Positions 40,091 through 55,800 of a stretch of 64,000 bases of DNA are shown in pieces. Source of the DNA: Chrysomallon squamiferum (lineage: Eukaryota > Animalia > Mollusca); assembly GCA_012295275.1 (NCBI GenBank), contig CM022672.1:26350001-26414000 (forward strand), written 5' to 3'. Every line of letters starts with the position of its first letter. Position 1 is the stretch's first letter. The notes beneath the pieces are model-generated. The model searched no databases. It saw only the letters and a program-made list of their open reading frames with translations, and had not been told where the DNA came from. The position numbers were made by a program, and so were the translations under genes.

Positions 40091-41821
40091 ATTCTCAAAG
40101 TTTGAGAATAGATGTCAGACTGAAAATAATGTAGCCCCAAGTTATTGTTACAGCAGGCAACATTTGAAAAAAGTATTTTATAAGTATTAAATGATGACAT
40201 CTAGTAACTATTATAAATGCATGTGGTCATTATATGAATACAGTTAATGCTAGAGTACCAGTGAATGAGAGGTCTTTTACCCTCAGGGGAAGGAAAACAC
40301 ACAAAAAAAAATTGTATATTTTTGATAACATTTTGACATTCAAAGAAATCAGTAGGGTTGTAAATTGAATCAGTCATCAAAATGATTTCAGAAACATTTT
40401 TAAGCTGCTATGAAATGAAAACGAACAAATTTGATGTCAGAAAAATTGTTTAATGCAAACAAGTAGCGTTAAGCAAATTATCAATAGCACCATTTGCTAT
40501 AACACGATTGTGGTCTTCACCATTGCTAAATATTAAAAAAGCAAAAAATGAAAAGATATGCTTGATGTTAAGTTTTTTCTGCAATAAAGGTCTCAAGACA
40601 TCTTAATTAAAATGTTAAAAATACCCAATAGCAAACAATATTTTAAAATAAATGCTAAAAAAAACAACACTGGCTATCTCTAAAAGTATGTGGTAAATTT
40701 ACTCGACAGATTATAGTAATCTAATAGAAGATGCCTATAGCAGTATTTCTCTTTAGAAGAAATTCACAGGAAGGTTGGGTAAAACATTTGACAAAAATTA
40801 TGTAATCCTAGAAATAAAGTAATTATTATTAATATATATATATATATATATTTTTTTTAAAACAACAAGAATAAAAAATAATAAAGAAACCCCAAAACAA
40901 TCTACAACTCCTTCTTTTTACCCTGAAGAAAAGAAAAAAAAAGAAACACCTTGCAGTATTTATTCTAGATGCACATTGTATTGTGAAAGTGAAACAACAT
41001 TGTTTGGCATTATATACATGAAAGATAAAAATGAGATGATGTTCTTTTGCAGCAAACTGATCTACACATGTTAACAGTGAAATGTCAAATATAATAAAAA
41101 TACACTTAAAATAACAACAAAAATTAAGAGGCCAATAAAACTACAGTTCTGACTAGCAAATCTGTCGAGCATATAACAAAAATAATAAACCTAACAATAT
41201 TTAATGATACACTGTTTTTCTCACTACTTTAATTTTTCACAAATCTACACTAAGTTACATACAATAACAAAATTTCTAACTTTATTGTGTTAAAATGAAC
41301 ATAAATAGTGCCCTGAAAGAAATTAAAAGATTATCTACTTCGAGAACTGATTATTTTATCACATTTTGACATACAGAAAGGAGGTAGAAGGAAGCAATAC
41401 ATGTAGATTTCTTAAAATTTAAGAAGATGCAAACCTTGACCTCAGCCCAGCTGTCAACAGCTGTAAAATGTAAACAATACATTGTGGGTGTAATTGTTTA
41501 AAGAAAAAAAAAAAAATAAAATAAAATAAATTTTTATACAGTTCAAAGGTGTGTTTCTAAGGCAAGTTACAATTATTAAATAAGCTTCAGTCATAATTTT
41601 ATTTTTTATTTTTCTGATTTCACTTCCATCTTTAAAGTTTTGATACATTCAAACACAAAATAAATAATACTGCTTTGACATTTTATCTACATAAATTTTG
41701 GAATGTACAAAATATAATGCTGGAAAGTAAATTCATAAATTTAAAAAGATAAAACAAAAATAAAAAATTCGTTGTGCTATAGTTAAAATAGTTAAATGCT
41801 TGAAATTCTTTTTTGGAAAAT

Positions 41822-44800
41822 TCAAGAAACGTCAGCAGTATAAGCTCGAAAGCGATACTCCATCTCCTTTCTTCGTGCCATCAGTTCCTTATGCAACTGT
41901 TCCGCCTAAAGAAACAGAAAAATATGTTATTAACATATAAATACAAACATACTAACCATACTGTAATTGAAAAATAATTAAACAAAAAAAATCTTTATAA
42001 ATAAAGCTAAAACACATCTTTGTAAAAAAAAAAAAAAATCTATTAATATATATTTTATGTATACAATACACAGTTACATACGCACACTTGACCATAGATG
42101 TTAAAAATTACTGTAAGAAATAAATCACCTTTCTCAAAATTAATAAATTACTCAGAATCCTATGATAAATTTGAAACAGAAGAAAAATTGTAGTATATAT
42201 ATATATATGCACTTAAAATTTTATACACTGCATTTTTTCTTGTGGTTAATCTCAAGCAGTAGTTTTCACATAAGCTGGCATAATGTTTTGTAACACTGAA
42301 AATAATATCTTGGTTGAAACAGTAATTAAATATACAATAACCACCCCACCTTTCCTTTTGAAGTTATTACCAAACCACAGAAAAATTACTAACTTGATCA
42401 CTATTTAAGTTAAATTGCTGTTCAACAGTCAGTGTTAAAACATTTTCTGTAAGTCTATGCAAAGTCATGTTTGATAATGAAAGCATCAGAGTAAAATGTA
42501 ATATGGGCATTTGTTCTTGGTTCACAGCAAAACTCTGGACAATGCTTTTAATTTTATTTAAAAAACTGAATTTCTGTTATTAGAATGAAAAAAATAATGC
42601 TGTAACTTAGAAAATATTGATTTGCAATATTACAAAATTTCTGTGTCAGCTAAAGTAATATGTTACTGATATAAATAATAAATGTACAATAACTTACAAA
42701 AACATATTTTGATTAGGCATAAACTAAACTTTTTTCTAATGTGAAGTACAATGATAAAATAATTGCAAAAATTCCTTTTATATTTAAAGAAAATTTTTAT
42801 CTTGAACTGATAAATGTGTACTTAATTGTTAAGATCAGGCTATGGTTTCATCTATTAAACTCCTATCACAAAATAAATGAATATTAGAGGCAAGATTTTA
42901 ATTATTTCCTGAAATTCACTAATAACTTTATTTTTCTTAACTAGTAATAATATAAATTTGTTTTTGGTGTATAATCTTAAATTAATTATAATGCTCATTT
43001 TATTCTATAACATTAACATTATTTTGATTGAAATAAACATGATATTTTAAAGCACCTTGAAAACAATACAAAAAATATATCACTATAATGTTCAATAATA
43101 TTTAATTTTAAATGTACATGAACAACACTGACAAATTAACAAAAAAAACAAACAAACAAACAAACATCTACTAACATTTATATCTAATTTTTTTTCATGT
43201 GGGTAATTTACAAATGAATAAAAATAAATAAGATACGTTATAAATAAAATAATTGTTTATCTTTAAAAATATGATTAGGATTATCTTACTTACTTTTGAA
43301 AATATACTTTTATAATTCAAGAATATCTTAGAATCCTTTTCCAAGTATTGAATGCTTTCTTTTTGCTTTGTCTAAATTGAGATCAAGTCATTTGAAGCTG
43401 TATTTTACCAATTCTTTCAATTTTACTTATTTAATTTAAAATTTGAATTGAATTATGAATATTAAACTTTTACTTATATAAATTTTAATTATATTAATCT
43501 TGATTATTCATTTAAGAATATTAAGTTTAAGTCTTAAATATTAATATCAAAAATTTTAAGATTATACCAGTAAAATTATAAAATTTATAAATAATATATT
43601 TCATCTGATTTTTTGTTTTTGTTTTGTTTAGTTTTTCATGTTCGAAAATATATTTAAGAACAAAAATTAAAAAACTAATATAAATAAAAGAACTAAAACA
43701 GCTAAAATGATTGAGGGCATCAATACATGGATCTATATTTTCTAAAACTAGGTAATTTAAAAAAGATATATAAATAATAATAATAATAAAAATAATTGTT
43801 AGAACTGAATATTTTTAATTTCTAAAATGATTTTAAGGAATTGTTATACTTTTGATGGACAGTAACGTATTTGCTGAAAAGTAACTAAATTTTTCCATTT
43901 TTGTTCTCATTTGCTCTCTCTCTCTTGCTCTCTCAGTAATTCAAGATACTAATAAAATTTTACACAATGAAAGAATGAATTAAACTTAGTAAAAACTTCT
44001 TTTACACCTTTTTCTAAACCTTCAGACTGCTTAGTTCTAAATTAATGTTACACATTTTCTGGTGTAGATTAATTGTTTCAAGGTATATGAGAAAGAAAAG
44101 AATCTACATTTATTATAGATATTTGAAAACTGCACACCATTAGTATCATTCCAGTGCTAATTTTAAAGATTATATTACACTGAATTAAAATATATTTGAA
44201 TGTCCAATAGTTTGTTTGTAACATAGAAACAATGTTTATTACATTTTTTTTTTCTACATTTCCTAGATCTTTTATGTGTTGTAAATGGAATTGTGAAGCT
44301 ACTGTTACATATACATGATTAAAAGCATTTTGGAAATAATAAAGCAGAAGTATAACTATTATCTTTTTCATTCTTGCAAACTTTCAGCACTGTTATATTA
44401 AAAATATTTTAGTAACATTTAAAATAAATAATAATCTAAAATGAATTAGAATCAACAATCAATAAAATAAAATATTAAAAAAAAAAAATAATAATAATAA
44501 ATAAAATCAATAAATTTAAATAAAAAAATAATAATAACAATTAAATTTTTTTTTTAAATAAAATCAATATTATCTTAATTACATATTTGTTTAAAATTTT
44601 GATAATTATTATTAATTTTTTAGATATTAAATTAATAATTAAAACACAGAAATATTTATATTTGATAATCTTACTAAACATCTATTCCAAAAATCTAATT
44701 TTTGACATAAATGACTACAGGTTAACAAAATGTGTATAGTAAAAAAAAAATTAATAATAACAAATAAAATAAAAGTAAGCAATGACTATCATGGATCTTT

Positions 44801-45707
44801 TTGTATAATTTAAATAAACTATTTGTATTATTAATTTCTACCATAAAGCTACTGTATTCTGATAGAACATGTAACTAAAACTTAATTATTTAATACAATT
44901 GTTGATTTTAAACCATTTTGCTACACTCTGTGTTTATTGTATATTAATATTATTAGAAATACGTTATAAATGCTTTATATGAAAAATTGACTAAATTTAT
45001 CCTTCTGTTTAAACAAATGCTGCCACAATATTTATCATCTGTTATTTTGTGTATTCAAAAATATATCCTTTAAAATATTCAAAATGCAGTTTTAGTTTAT
45101 ACATATGTACATATATACATATTTCTGGTAGTTTAAAGATGTTCATATCAGACTAAACAGACTATGAACATGGAACCATTGCTTTGTCTCACTTATAAAG
45201 GCATGCCATTGTAATGGTTTTCAGAAAAAAAGGTATATTTCATTAACATACATCCTTGCTTATAAAAATGTTCCTGCTATTTTCATTTATTTATTTATTT
45301 ATTTTTTGTTCTGCAGTAGGAATGCATACATTTGGACCAAAGACCAAGGGATGTCCAGTCAACTTACACTGGCATGCAGTTATAAATGAGGGAACATGGT
45401 AAATTCAAATCTATATCTATATTAAAATATTATCTACATAACTCAATAGGAATAACTAACTATCTGCACTTAACGACCGAGATTTCGATAATTCTGCAAT
45501 GGAAAAGAATGAAAACTGACTGAATCATAAAACTGGGTGCCTTACATGAGAAATAAAGTTCATAAAGTTTCTATTAATGAATCAAAGACAGTAATCACAG
45601 CTTGAATATCCCCAAAACATAACAACCCAAAACTAACCTATCAGGTACTTAAATTATTTCATTTCTAATAGTAAATTCACACGTATGGTTCTGTAGATAT
45701 AATTAAA

Positions 45708-45768
<61 letters not shown>

Positions 45769-46502
45769 AAATAGTAAAAATATAAACATTACTTTAAATA
45801 ATTATCTTTTTGTGCATCAGTCACAATTTTTTTTTTTTTTTTTGATCTAGCAATACAAACAAGCATTTTTTAAAATAAGGTGTAATTCAAATCACATTAA
45901 TAACACAAAATAATAATATTACTAGACTAATATCAGTTTTTGACAAGCAAAAACATAAAAACATATATGAGAAAAAGAGGTGCATTTCTTACCACCAGTC
46001 AATGCTAAATTTTTAACTATTCTATCTATATACAGTGACTAGAAGAATGCTCAAATTACTTAACAAACCCAAATCTTTAAAAAAAAAAAAAAAAAAAAAA
46101 GTTTATTACTGCAAAACGTTTTCTTTAATTTATTTATTTTTTTTAAATATTTATAACAATTAAAGAACATGCAATGTACTTTAACAAATTGTGTCTTTAC
46201 CAAAAGACTTCGTTTATTTGTGTTTCTGACTGAATTCTACTTGCAGTTCTTTAAATGACATCACAATTTTACAATTAATTATCTTTTGAGTTGTTTTCAA
46301 AGAGAAATGGGTTTGTAATGCTACAGTTATAAACTAGCTTTGGCATTTTTCACCTTCAGTGTTCAATCTACTGGTGCAAGATCAACTGTATACACAACTT
46401 GTTACCATCTCAAAAAATAAGATTAACAATAAAATTTAGGAAAAAAGGAAATAATAACTATAACAATAACAATAACAATAACAACAATAATACAATTATA
46501 AC

Positions 46503-46545
<43 letters not shown>

Positions 46546-49500
46546 GTAATAATAATAATTTAACAGCTGTTGTTAGGAATTACAAAATGAATTAGAAAAT
46601 TACTAGAATGTTTAAGTTATTTTTAAATTCTACCTATTTCTTTACAATTCACTGAATCAGTTGTGACTATAACAAAAGAAAACTTTGTGAACAAACTACT
46701 ATGTGCAAAACTATCTAAACAGAATTGAAAATATAAGATGAGCTCAATAAAAAGTTCATTTCTAAAACATTTTAATAGCATTTCTCAAGAAAGGTTTTTC
46801 TGTAAATCAAACAGGGCCATTAAAATTTTGAATAAAACAGACAAAATAGATGGAATATATATATATATATATATATTTGTTATTTTTTCTCTCAAATGGA
46901 AACACAACACAAGAGGCCATCACTGTCATTTTAATTTTTAAATAAATTTAATATTTTTATCTGAATTTGTATCTGTATTAATTATTTTAGAAACGAACTC
47001 CAATTTCTACCTTCAGTAAAATAATGTATAAGTATGAAGTAATAATTACAATGAAAAAAAAAGAAAAGAAAATGAAAACCCATCACCACTAGCACTAAAA
47101 AGAACTAAAACAATGCAAAAACCTGCTCTTTGTTACTGTAACAGTTAAAAGTTGTGTTGTGCAGCTGGCAAAGGGAATCAAACAAAATGTGCAAATAATA
47201 TTATTTTAGTAAATATTACATTAAAAATATTTCGATGCTTAGCAGTTTGAACATTTATATATCTATTACAGTGAATGTGAATTAAAACAGAACAAAGGCA
47301 AAATCTTTCATTAATGGACAATTATAAATTTGTTTTGGTGAAGCAGTAGAATTTTCTTTTCACATTAAATTAGAAATAACACAATCTTTATACAAGGTAA
47401 AGTAAATTTCATTCTCTATTCTGTCTTTTCTGTCTATTCATTCAGAATTTGTTTTTCTTTATCTTTCATACATCACTCACTTAAGCACTTACTTATCACA
47501 TTTCCAATAAATAACATTACAAAACATAATATATAAAGGAAACATTGTTATAACAAAAATGATAAATAAATAAATAAAATAATGAATAATATATATACGC
47601 TATTTATGAAACAATTTTTAAAACAATTAATTATTTTGTAAGAAAAGTACACATCTAACAGGTGAATAAAAAATTAAAAAAATGATTTAATATATGAAAA
47701 GGTTCAGGAAAGCTGTATTTTTGTCACATCATTAGCATTTGTTCAAACAATAAGTAGTCCAATCATTTATTTGAAAATAGATAAAAATAAAAATAGTTTC
47801 TTCTTCTAAAACATACTATCTCTACTGAAAATAATTATTTGGAAACATTTTAATTCTATTTTAAATAATTATAAAATGAATAAAATTATTAATTCACATA
47901 ATTTTATTTTTTCAAATAATAATAATAATAATAATAAATTTTGAAAACAAACCCTTAAAATTTTATTATTTCTTTCTTAAAGCAGGTGCTCTTATTAACA
48001 AAAAATATTATTAACAAAAAAATCTATCAAAAGAACACAAATAACATATTTTGAATAAGCGTCACATTCATTTGGAAGAAATAATATCCAATATATTTAA
48101 CTGATTCCCCAAATATACTGTTCATGCATCTTCTTTTGTTCCAATACACAACCAAAACATTTTTGCAAATTTATATTCTAAATATAACAGAAATATAAAT
48201 GATAATTAATTTTGCATTAAAATGAATCCACAGTGTAATGTATTTTATATAACAGCTTAAGATCATCATTTCTTTGTGGTATGTCATAGAAATAATTGTG
48301 AAGTTAAACAAAACAAGGAAAATGTATTCACACCATCTTCTGCCAGGAAGCAGCAGAACTTAACAGATGATATACCATCACAACAAGTACAATAGATTTA
48401 CAGTTCACTGTAATTATATCATCCAAGATTTAAACTATGTTGTTTACTAATAAGAACAATTAATATGATTTTATAAAAATAAAAATAATTAAAAATTAAA
48501 TGTAAAACCTAAATTTTATCAATTGTATCTGAAAATATTTAAATTACATCACGTAATTTATCCTTCTAATTCTTAAAATATCAAAATAAATAATATTTGC
48601 TGTATGATAAATGACAATGATAATTGTATTGTTTTTGGATTTTTTTTTTCATTACTATATTATATGCAGATTAGACAAAGAATTTGAAAATAATAACTGT
48701 AAATCATGCAGTTAATGTTAATTTTACTCAGAAATGTTTTTATGGTATAATAATATATCAGGCAGTAAATAAAACAAATTTACTCTCTTTTTTAAATATT
48801 TAAGATCTTTATATCAGCAAGTTATCTTCATTGTTAACTGCATAAACTTTTAGTGTGTAAGTGTTGTTATTAAAAAGTAATAACAAACATTTCATTCAGT
48901 CTTTCCTTACTGACTTGTACATTTTCTAGTTATGTGCCACTGTTGTAATAATTATATAACAGTTATTCTAATTTATGTAACAGAAATAACAACTGTTTAG
49001 AGATTTAGCCACTCATTTCTCTTATGTATCAGATTTACACACAGTGCCACATTCTGCTTAATTCTTATTGCCATATGCACAAACTAACAAGTATTAGAGA
49101 AAATTAAACCATATTATTTACCTGTTTACTCTGACTATACACAGACATTTAATTTAAAAATTCATTACTTTGTTTTTAGCAATCTTTTATTAACAATATT
49201 TACTGATCAGAACATTAATATGCATTATAATAATAAGCACCAAAAATATTATTAATATTATCAATTAATGATACAACATTTAAATTTATCCACATGGAAA
49301 GATATAATAAAAAAAAAAAAAAAAATACAACAACCTTGCAACAAAAACAAATCTACTTTATCAGTTAAATTTTAATGATGAATATATCAAGGTGCAACTG
49401 AATACAACAAAAGGTTTACAACTTAATAAAAAGTGAACAGTGTTGCAGGTATTTAGTAATTACACAGCAAATAAAGAAAGCATTAATGTCAACCTGTTGT

Positions 49501-51418
49501 CCATGCTTTAAGTTCCTGGTATCGTCGCATCAAATCTTTCTGCAGCAACTTCACCTGTATTAATCCAGTTACATCAAAACTTAATCGTTCAAATCACACA
49601 ATTTCAATAAAAAAAATACAAGTGTCTTCATAAAATTCTGTTAAGAAGTGAGTGATGTTTAGATAGCAGAAAGAAGGGATGTAAAACAGAGATTTACAAG
49701 AATTTTATTGTTTCATGCAGTTTTTACTACACTTTTCAGTTTCCACTGACATTTCTTGGAGTGGACAAATTGTTTTTCAAAAAAGCTAAATGAGTGAAAA
49801 ATAAAATTTGTTACGTCATGCATTAGTTCTGACAATAGGTTGATAAATTGAAAACTGAAATTGAAACTTTGAGGCGATGTGGCAGATAGAGATTTGAGTA
49901 TTTTTTAACCAATACAAGAAAATGGTTTGTTTTATCGTTAAATCATAAAAGGACCATTTGCAACAGTCCACTCTAACTTTAGAGTATATACCAAATAAAT
50001 TCAAACCCAGATATATATACATTTCTCAGGATTTTTTTAATTTGGTTTATATAATCATTATCATTACATATAATATACAATAATGATAATGTAAATTATA
50101 AGTTATGTCAGAAAAACATATAAATTAAAAATTATATAAACCAACTTAAAAACAATCCTGAAAAATATTTACATTGTTAAATATGTTGATTCATGTTTAT
50201 CAAAGTTTAAAAGCAATAATAACAATAAAAAAAATCTCAAATTGTTTAAGTTGTTCACATTCTTTTAACAAAGATACATCATAACATTCCAGAAACTGTT
50301 AAATTTGCCAGTCTTGAGAAAAGACTGAGGATATATCATTCCATAAATTCTTAATAAAAAGTCAACAAAGAAAAAAAAAAAAAAAAAAAAAAAAAGAGCA
50401 ACACAGACACAAAATATTTGGTTAAGTAAACATTCACACACAATACTTGCAATGGATCAAAGAATTTAACATGTGAAAAGCTAAACCTGTCCTTACCACA
50501 GCTAACTCTTTCTGTGCGGCTTCCATTTCTTCCTGTGGGTTTCCTCTTGGCCGTTTTCGACGTTCTACCATCTGAGCTGTGTGGTTTTTAATTCTTGCTT
50601 CCAGTTCTCTAACCCTTGCTGCCCTGTAAGCAAAAACACATGACCGCTTACAAATACAAAATGGAGAAATGTCTTCAATACATCAAATAATAATTTGTTT
50701 TAACCTAAGTCAAACTTGTAAAAAATGGAACAAGTTCATTTCAGTTATTATTATTCATTCATTCATTCATTCATATATTTATTTATTTTTGTGAATAAAA
50801 CATGATATATAAAATTAACAAGAAATAGTATCTTTTAAGAATATTGTTAGTATTTGTTATGGTTTCCTCCTGCATCATTACAGTTAAAAACGTATACATA
50901 TTTGTTCTCGAATGTAATTATTAATTTCAGATGTTGCTATGTAATGTTTTAACCAATAAAAACACAAAAAAGCCACATACTTTTCCATCTCTACTTTCTG
51001 TTTTCTTCCTGGGGACATAGGTCGTCTAACTTTCTCATGTGCAGATTTGATGTCAGCCTAGGAATGTCAAAGATGTGTAAAATTGATATAATAATTTTGT
51101 TATTGATGTTTTCAACAAACTGATGACATTTAAAAATTATATATGAAAAAAGAAGATTTCAGTTTTTACAGAAAAAACAGATTAAGAATTAAAATGACAC
51201 CATTAACTGAATTGCACTGAATCTGTGTATTGGAAAAGAAATTGATTAACATACACTGTTAACTCACTTATTCATACCACTGTCTACAGTTAAATCTTAA
51301 AATACATTAAGAATATCCATTAATTTAAATCTTCCATTGATTAATTTATAGTCAAGTATATGAAAAAAACCCTGCAAACTTTGCTTGGTTATAGTTTTAA
51401 AAAAAAAAAATAAAAAAA

Positions 51419-51508
<90 letters not shown>

Positions 51509-51774
51509 AATTAAAAATTACATTAATAATAAATAATAATAGAAAAAATCATTTAAAAAAGAAAGATTTTTTTTATTTTTTAAAATCATTATTTGGTTTT
51601 ATCATTTAAAAATCATACTTTTATTCTTTCTTCATTTGTAGGCATTTTCAAGTGCTCTTTGCTATAACCAAAAGGAGCTTTTGTTACAGGGTCAACAAAA
51701 TCTGGAAAACAGGACATGTATTTGAAAAAATTATAAATATAAAATGATACTACTAATAATAATAACAACAACAC

Positions 51775-51811
<37 letters not shown>

Positions 51812-52851
51812 AATTATTGAGTAAATTAAATAATCTGATAAGTGATATTTCACTGATATTTAAAATACATAAAGACTCTGTATTCAAACAAGAACACATA
51901 ATGATAAGCTAAACAGAAAACTACTGTATCATAAAAATTATATGTATTTGATAAAAATCTAACAAAAGCTAACTGCACAAAGTTATGAATAACAATTTCT
52001 TAATTAAATATTCTTTTTCCTTTAGTTTTAGTCATTTTCAGCATTCATAAAATATATATATATATATAAAAAAAAAATGATAATAATAATAATTAAACAA
52101 AATTATGAAGAAAAAATAATACATTTCAAAGAATGAAAAAAGAAACATTTTAATATAGTTCTGCTCAGTATAAATAAAAGAAATTTTCATTTTAAATTAA
52201 ATTAAAAATAATTAATAAACTGAATGAAAAACTGAACATATTCAACAAACAAAACAGAATAATTCAATAATAATACACCTCATAACATCCACAAATTAAT
52301 AGGCTAATAATAATAATGATAACAATAGAATCCTTTTTCTCTGTATGTGTGTTTGTGTGTGTGTCTATATGTATATGTGTGTGTGAATATATATATATAC
52401 ACATAATATATAAATATAGTGTGTCTATGTATGTGTTTATGTGTGTGTGAATTTGTATGTGTGTTTCAGATGGAAAAAAAAACAAATAGAAGTTTTGACA
52501 TAGTTCTGAACAAACCAAATACATTATCATTTTAAAATAAATTTGAAAAGATTAAAGTGAATAAAAAAAAACAAAAAAAACAACAACATATTCAAGACAT
52601 ATCTTAACAATAAAATATATTAACTCATCATAACATCCCCTCTGGTTGAATAACAACCTTATAATATATGGGTGTTTTTTTACAACAATAATTAACTTTA
52701 AAATATATATAATAATACAGAAGCACAAACAAAAGGCAGGTATTAAAAACAAACGGTTTCTGCCATCCACATTTTGACACCTAATAGAAAACTATTTTCA
52801 AAAAATATATTGTTATATATCCAGCATCAACCGACATGTTTCTTTTAAAGA

Positions 52852-52884
<33 letters not shown>

Positions 52885-55800
52885 AAATCATCAATGGGAT
52901 ATATTTTGAAAGAAAATAATGATCCTTTGAGATTATTATTTTTTGAAATAGCTAAAATTTGTTAATTCTAAAACATTTTGCTTTACTTCTCAATATGACT
53001 GTACTTGTGTAATTCAGCTTGTATACTTCAACAGTTAATACGGCTGATGTCTGATTCAAATACACCTGATGCAGACATAGCTAGAAAAACTTACACTAGG
53101 TGCTGCCATGTGTTACAGAAATACCCCTTACCTTTACTTTTCATAAGAATGTTCGCATTTGACAAACTATACCTATGTAAACCTTTCCAGTAAGACCAAC
53201 CTTAAAAGAATGTACTGTTTGTTGTAAACTAACCAGTTCATTTTAGTCTTACTATATTTCTTTTTCCAATAACTCAGGCTGATAAACTAAATCATTTCTG
53301 AAAACTCATTTCTAATTGTTTTTTCTTTTCTTTTTTTTTTCTTTTAAGCAAAATATATCTAAGACAGTTATATTTAATTTGGCATTTTGGAATCAGCTGA
53401 AAACCAAACTTATGTTACACACTATAAAACAAATGTTTAAAAGTAACAACTTCTGATATATAAAGTTGATGTCTTTTTGATGGTTTTCTGATATAGATAA
53501 CATAAATCATTTAATATTATAAAGTAACAAAATATAGAATGTTAAATATCAAATCAACTAAAAATCCCTCTAAATTAGACTAATAATTTATGGCCATGTT
53601 TGCAGAGAATTGGATCACATGAGAATAACATACTTCTCTCCCTTTTTATCACAGCTGTCTTTCAGCACATTAAAATATTCTTTCTGTCATAAAAATTTAT
53701 TTTATTGGCATTTTTGAAAACATCACTGTTCAACCTCAGTATCCATAAAAGATCATATTAAAATATCTAATCATGTGAAATCCTATCTATTAGCATTTTG
53801 CATCATACTAGATTGTAGGATGAAAACCAGTTTATAAATATCTGATTTATTTATATATTTATATATAAATCTGAAAGTATATAGATTGAAAATATATGTA
53901 ACAAAAAAATACAGCAATAACAGTTTGAAAGAACTAATGTAATCTCTTAAGTTCTTATGAAATAATTAAAATAATGACTGAAAGGTATCACTATTATCTA
54001 TGATTTTTGTAACATTCTGAAAGTAAATGAAAATATATTAGTATCTCTTTGTCTCATTTGCATCTCCTATTTTAAATTTAATTTAATTTTCTTCTTCTCA
54101 TTTAAAATGTATTATTATTATTATTAGTATATATGTAACTGCTGCTTCTACTACTGCTGCTACTACTACTACTACTAAAGAATTAACATACAACCAACCT
54201 TTAGTGCCTTTCTTTAGACATTCATAATACTTCTTTTCTTTCAACCGTTTGGTTTCATCTCTCCATTCCTTGAGTACTGATTCATCCCTGTAGTACAAAG
54301 AAAAAAATGAAAAATGAAAAATTAAAAATACATACATATATAATTATTAAAAGAAAAATGAAAATAAAGGTCATCTAAATAATGTACTTCTATTAAAATA
54401 TTTCACTGATATTTGGAATAATAAGAAAGAAAGAAAGAATTGTGCCTGTTCACCAAATTTACATTTTTTAAATCATTAACTTTTACGGAACTGAACTGAA
54501 GTTATTAATGGAAAAGCTGAGCATGGTTAGAACCTACTGCATGATAATCATCAGTTAATATTAATTTTCTGTTATTTATATATTTCTAATATTAACGAAA
54601 ACATATTATGTTTATGACAATCTTTATAAAGTAATTTTTAAAATTAAAATACAATAATAATAAAATATTAAATATAAAGTAAAAATAAGAATAAAAGAGC
54701 AGAAAATTAATTAATTATTATTAAAGATTACCATAAATTACAAAACTGGAAAAGAATTATTAACATTAATGTGGTATAAAACAATTAGAAATGAGCTGAT
54801 AAAGGTTATATTGTGATGCAGAACAGTTAGAAATGAGCTATCATATATTAATGTGAGGCATAGGACAATTAAAAGTTAATATAGCATACAGAACAATTAG
54901 CAATGAGCTATTAAAGGATTATGTAAGGTATAGAAAATAACTGGATTTATACTATTTAAGAATTAATAGTGACAATAGAGAAGAATTAGATATGAGTTAA
55001 TAAAATATTAATATTGTGTATATAGAAATAATATGGAATATAGGAGAAAAATTGGAAATATGCTATTAAAATATTAGAGTAGGTTTAAGAGAACAACTGG
55101 AATGAAAGTTTTCCAAAACTGAGAAAAAAAAAGCAAAAAAAAAATTAAAAAGAAAAAATAAAAAAAAGCAGTAGAACAAAGCAAACTGAAACAGAAAAAC
55201 TGGAGAAATAAAAAAGGAATAAAACAAACATTTTGAGAGAAGTAAATGCACAGAATTTTTAGTATGTTTTTATTCAGCTCAACTGGCCTTCTTCTCTGCA
55301 AAATAGCTTCTTGTTTTTGTTTTAATTCCTTTTCCTTGGCCAGACGTCTTTCCTCTGCCATACGCTGATCTACATATTCGGGAAGTGGAGGTTCAGGATA
55401 GGGATTTACTTTCCAGGACATCACACTGGATGAGGCTGATTTCTTCCTGTTACATATATAATTACACATACACAGGGATAAAACATTTAGTTTGAGACTT
55501 TTTTTTTTTTTAATTTGTTAATTCTAAAAGATTATCTGAAATGTTAGACTGCACAAAAAAATAAAATGAAAATAAAATAAAATAAAATAATAAAAAATTG
55601 AATGTGCTTAAGAAAATACAATTAAAAGTGAAATAAATTTGAAAAAAAAAAAAATTAAATTTAAAATAAAGATATAGTAACAGATGTTTTACTTTTCCCA
55701 TACTTATTTTTCCTTTTTTTTTTTTAATTCCTATTTTATACAGAAAAATATTATAAACACTTTGAAAAAAAAAGATTATCCTGAATTATATTCTTTCACA

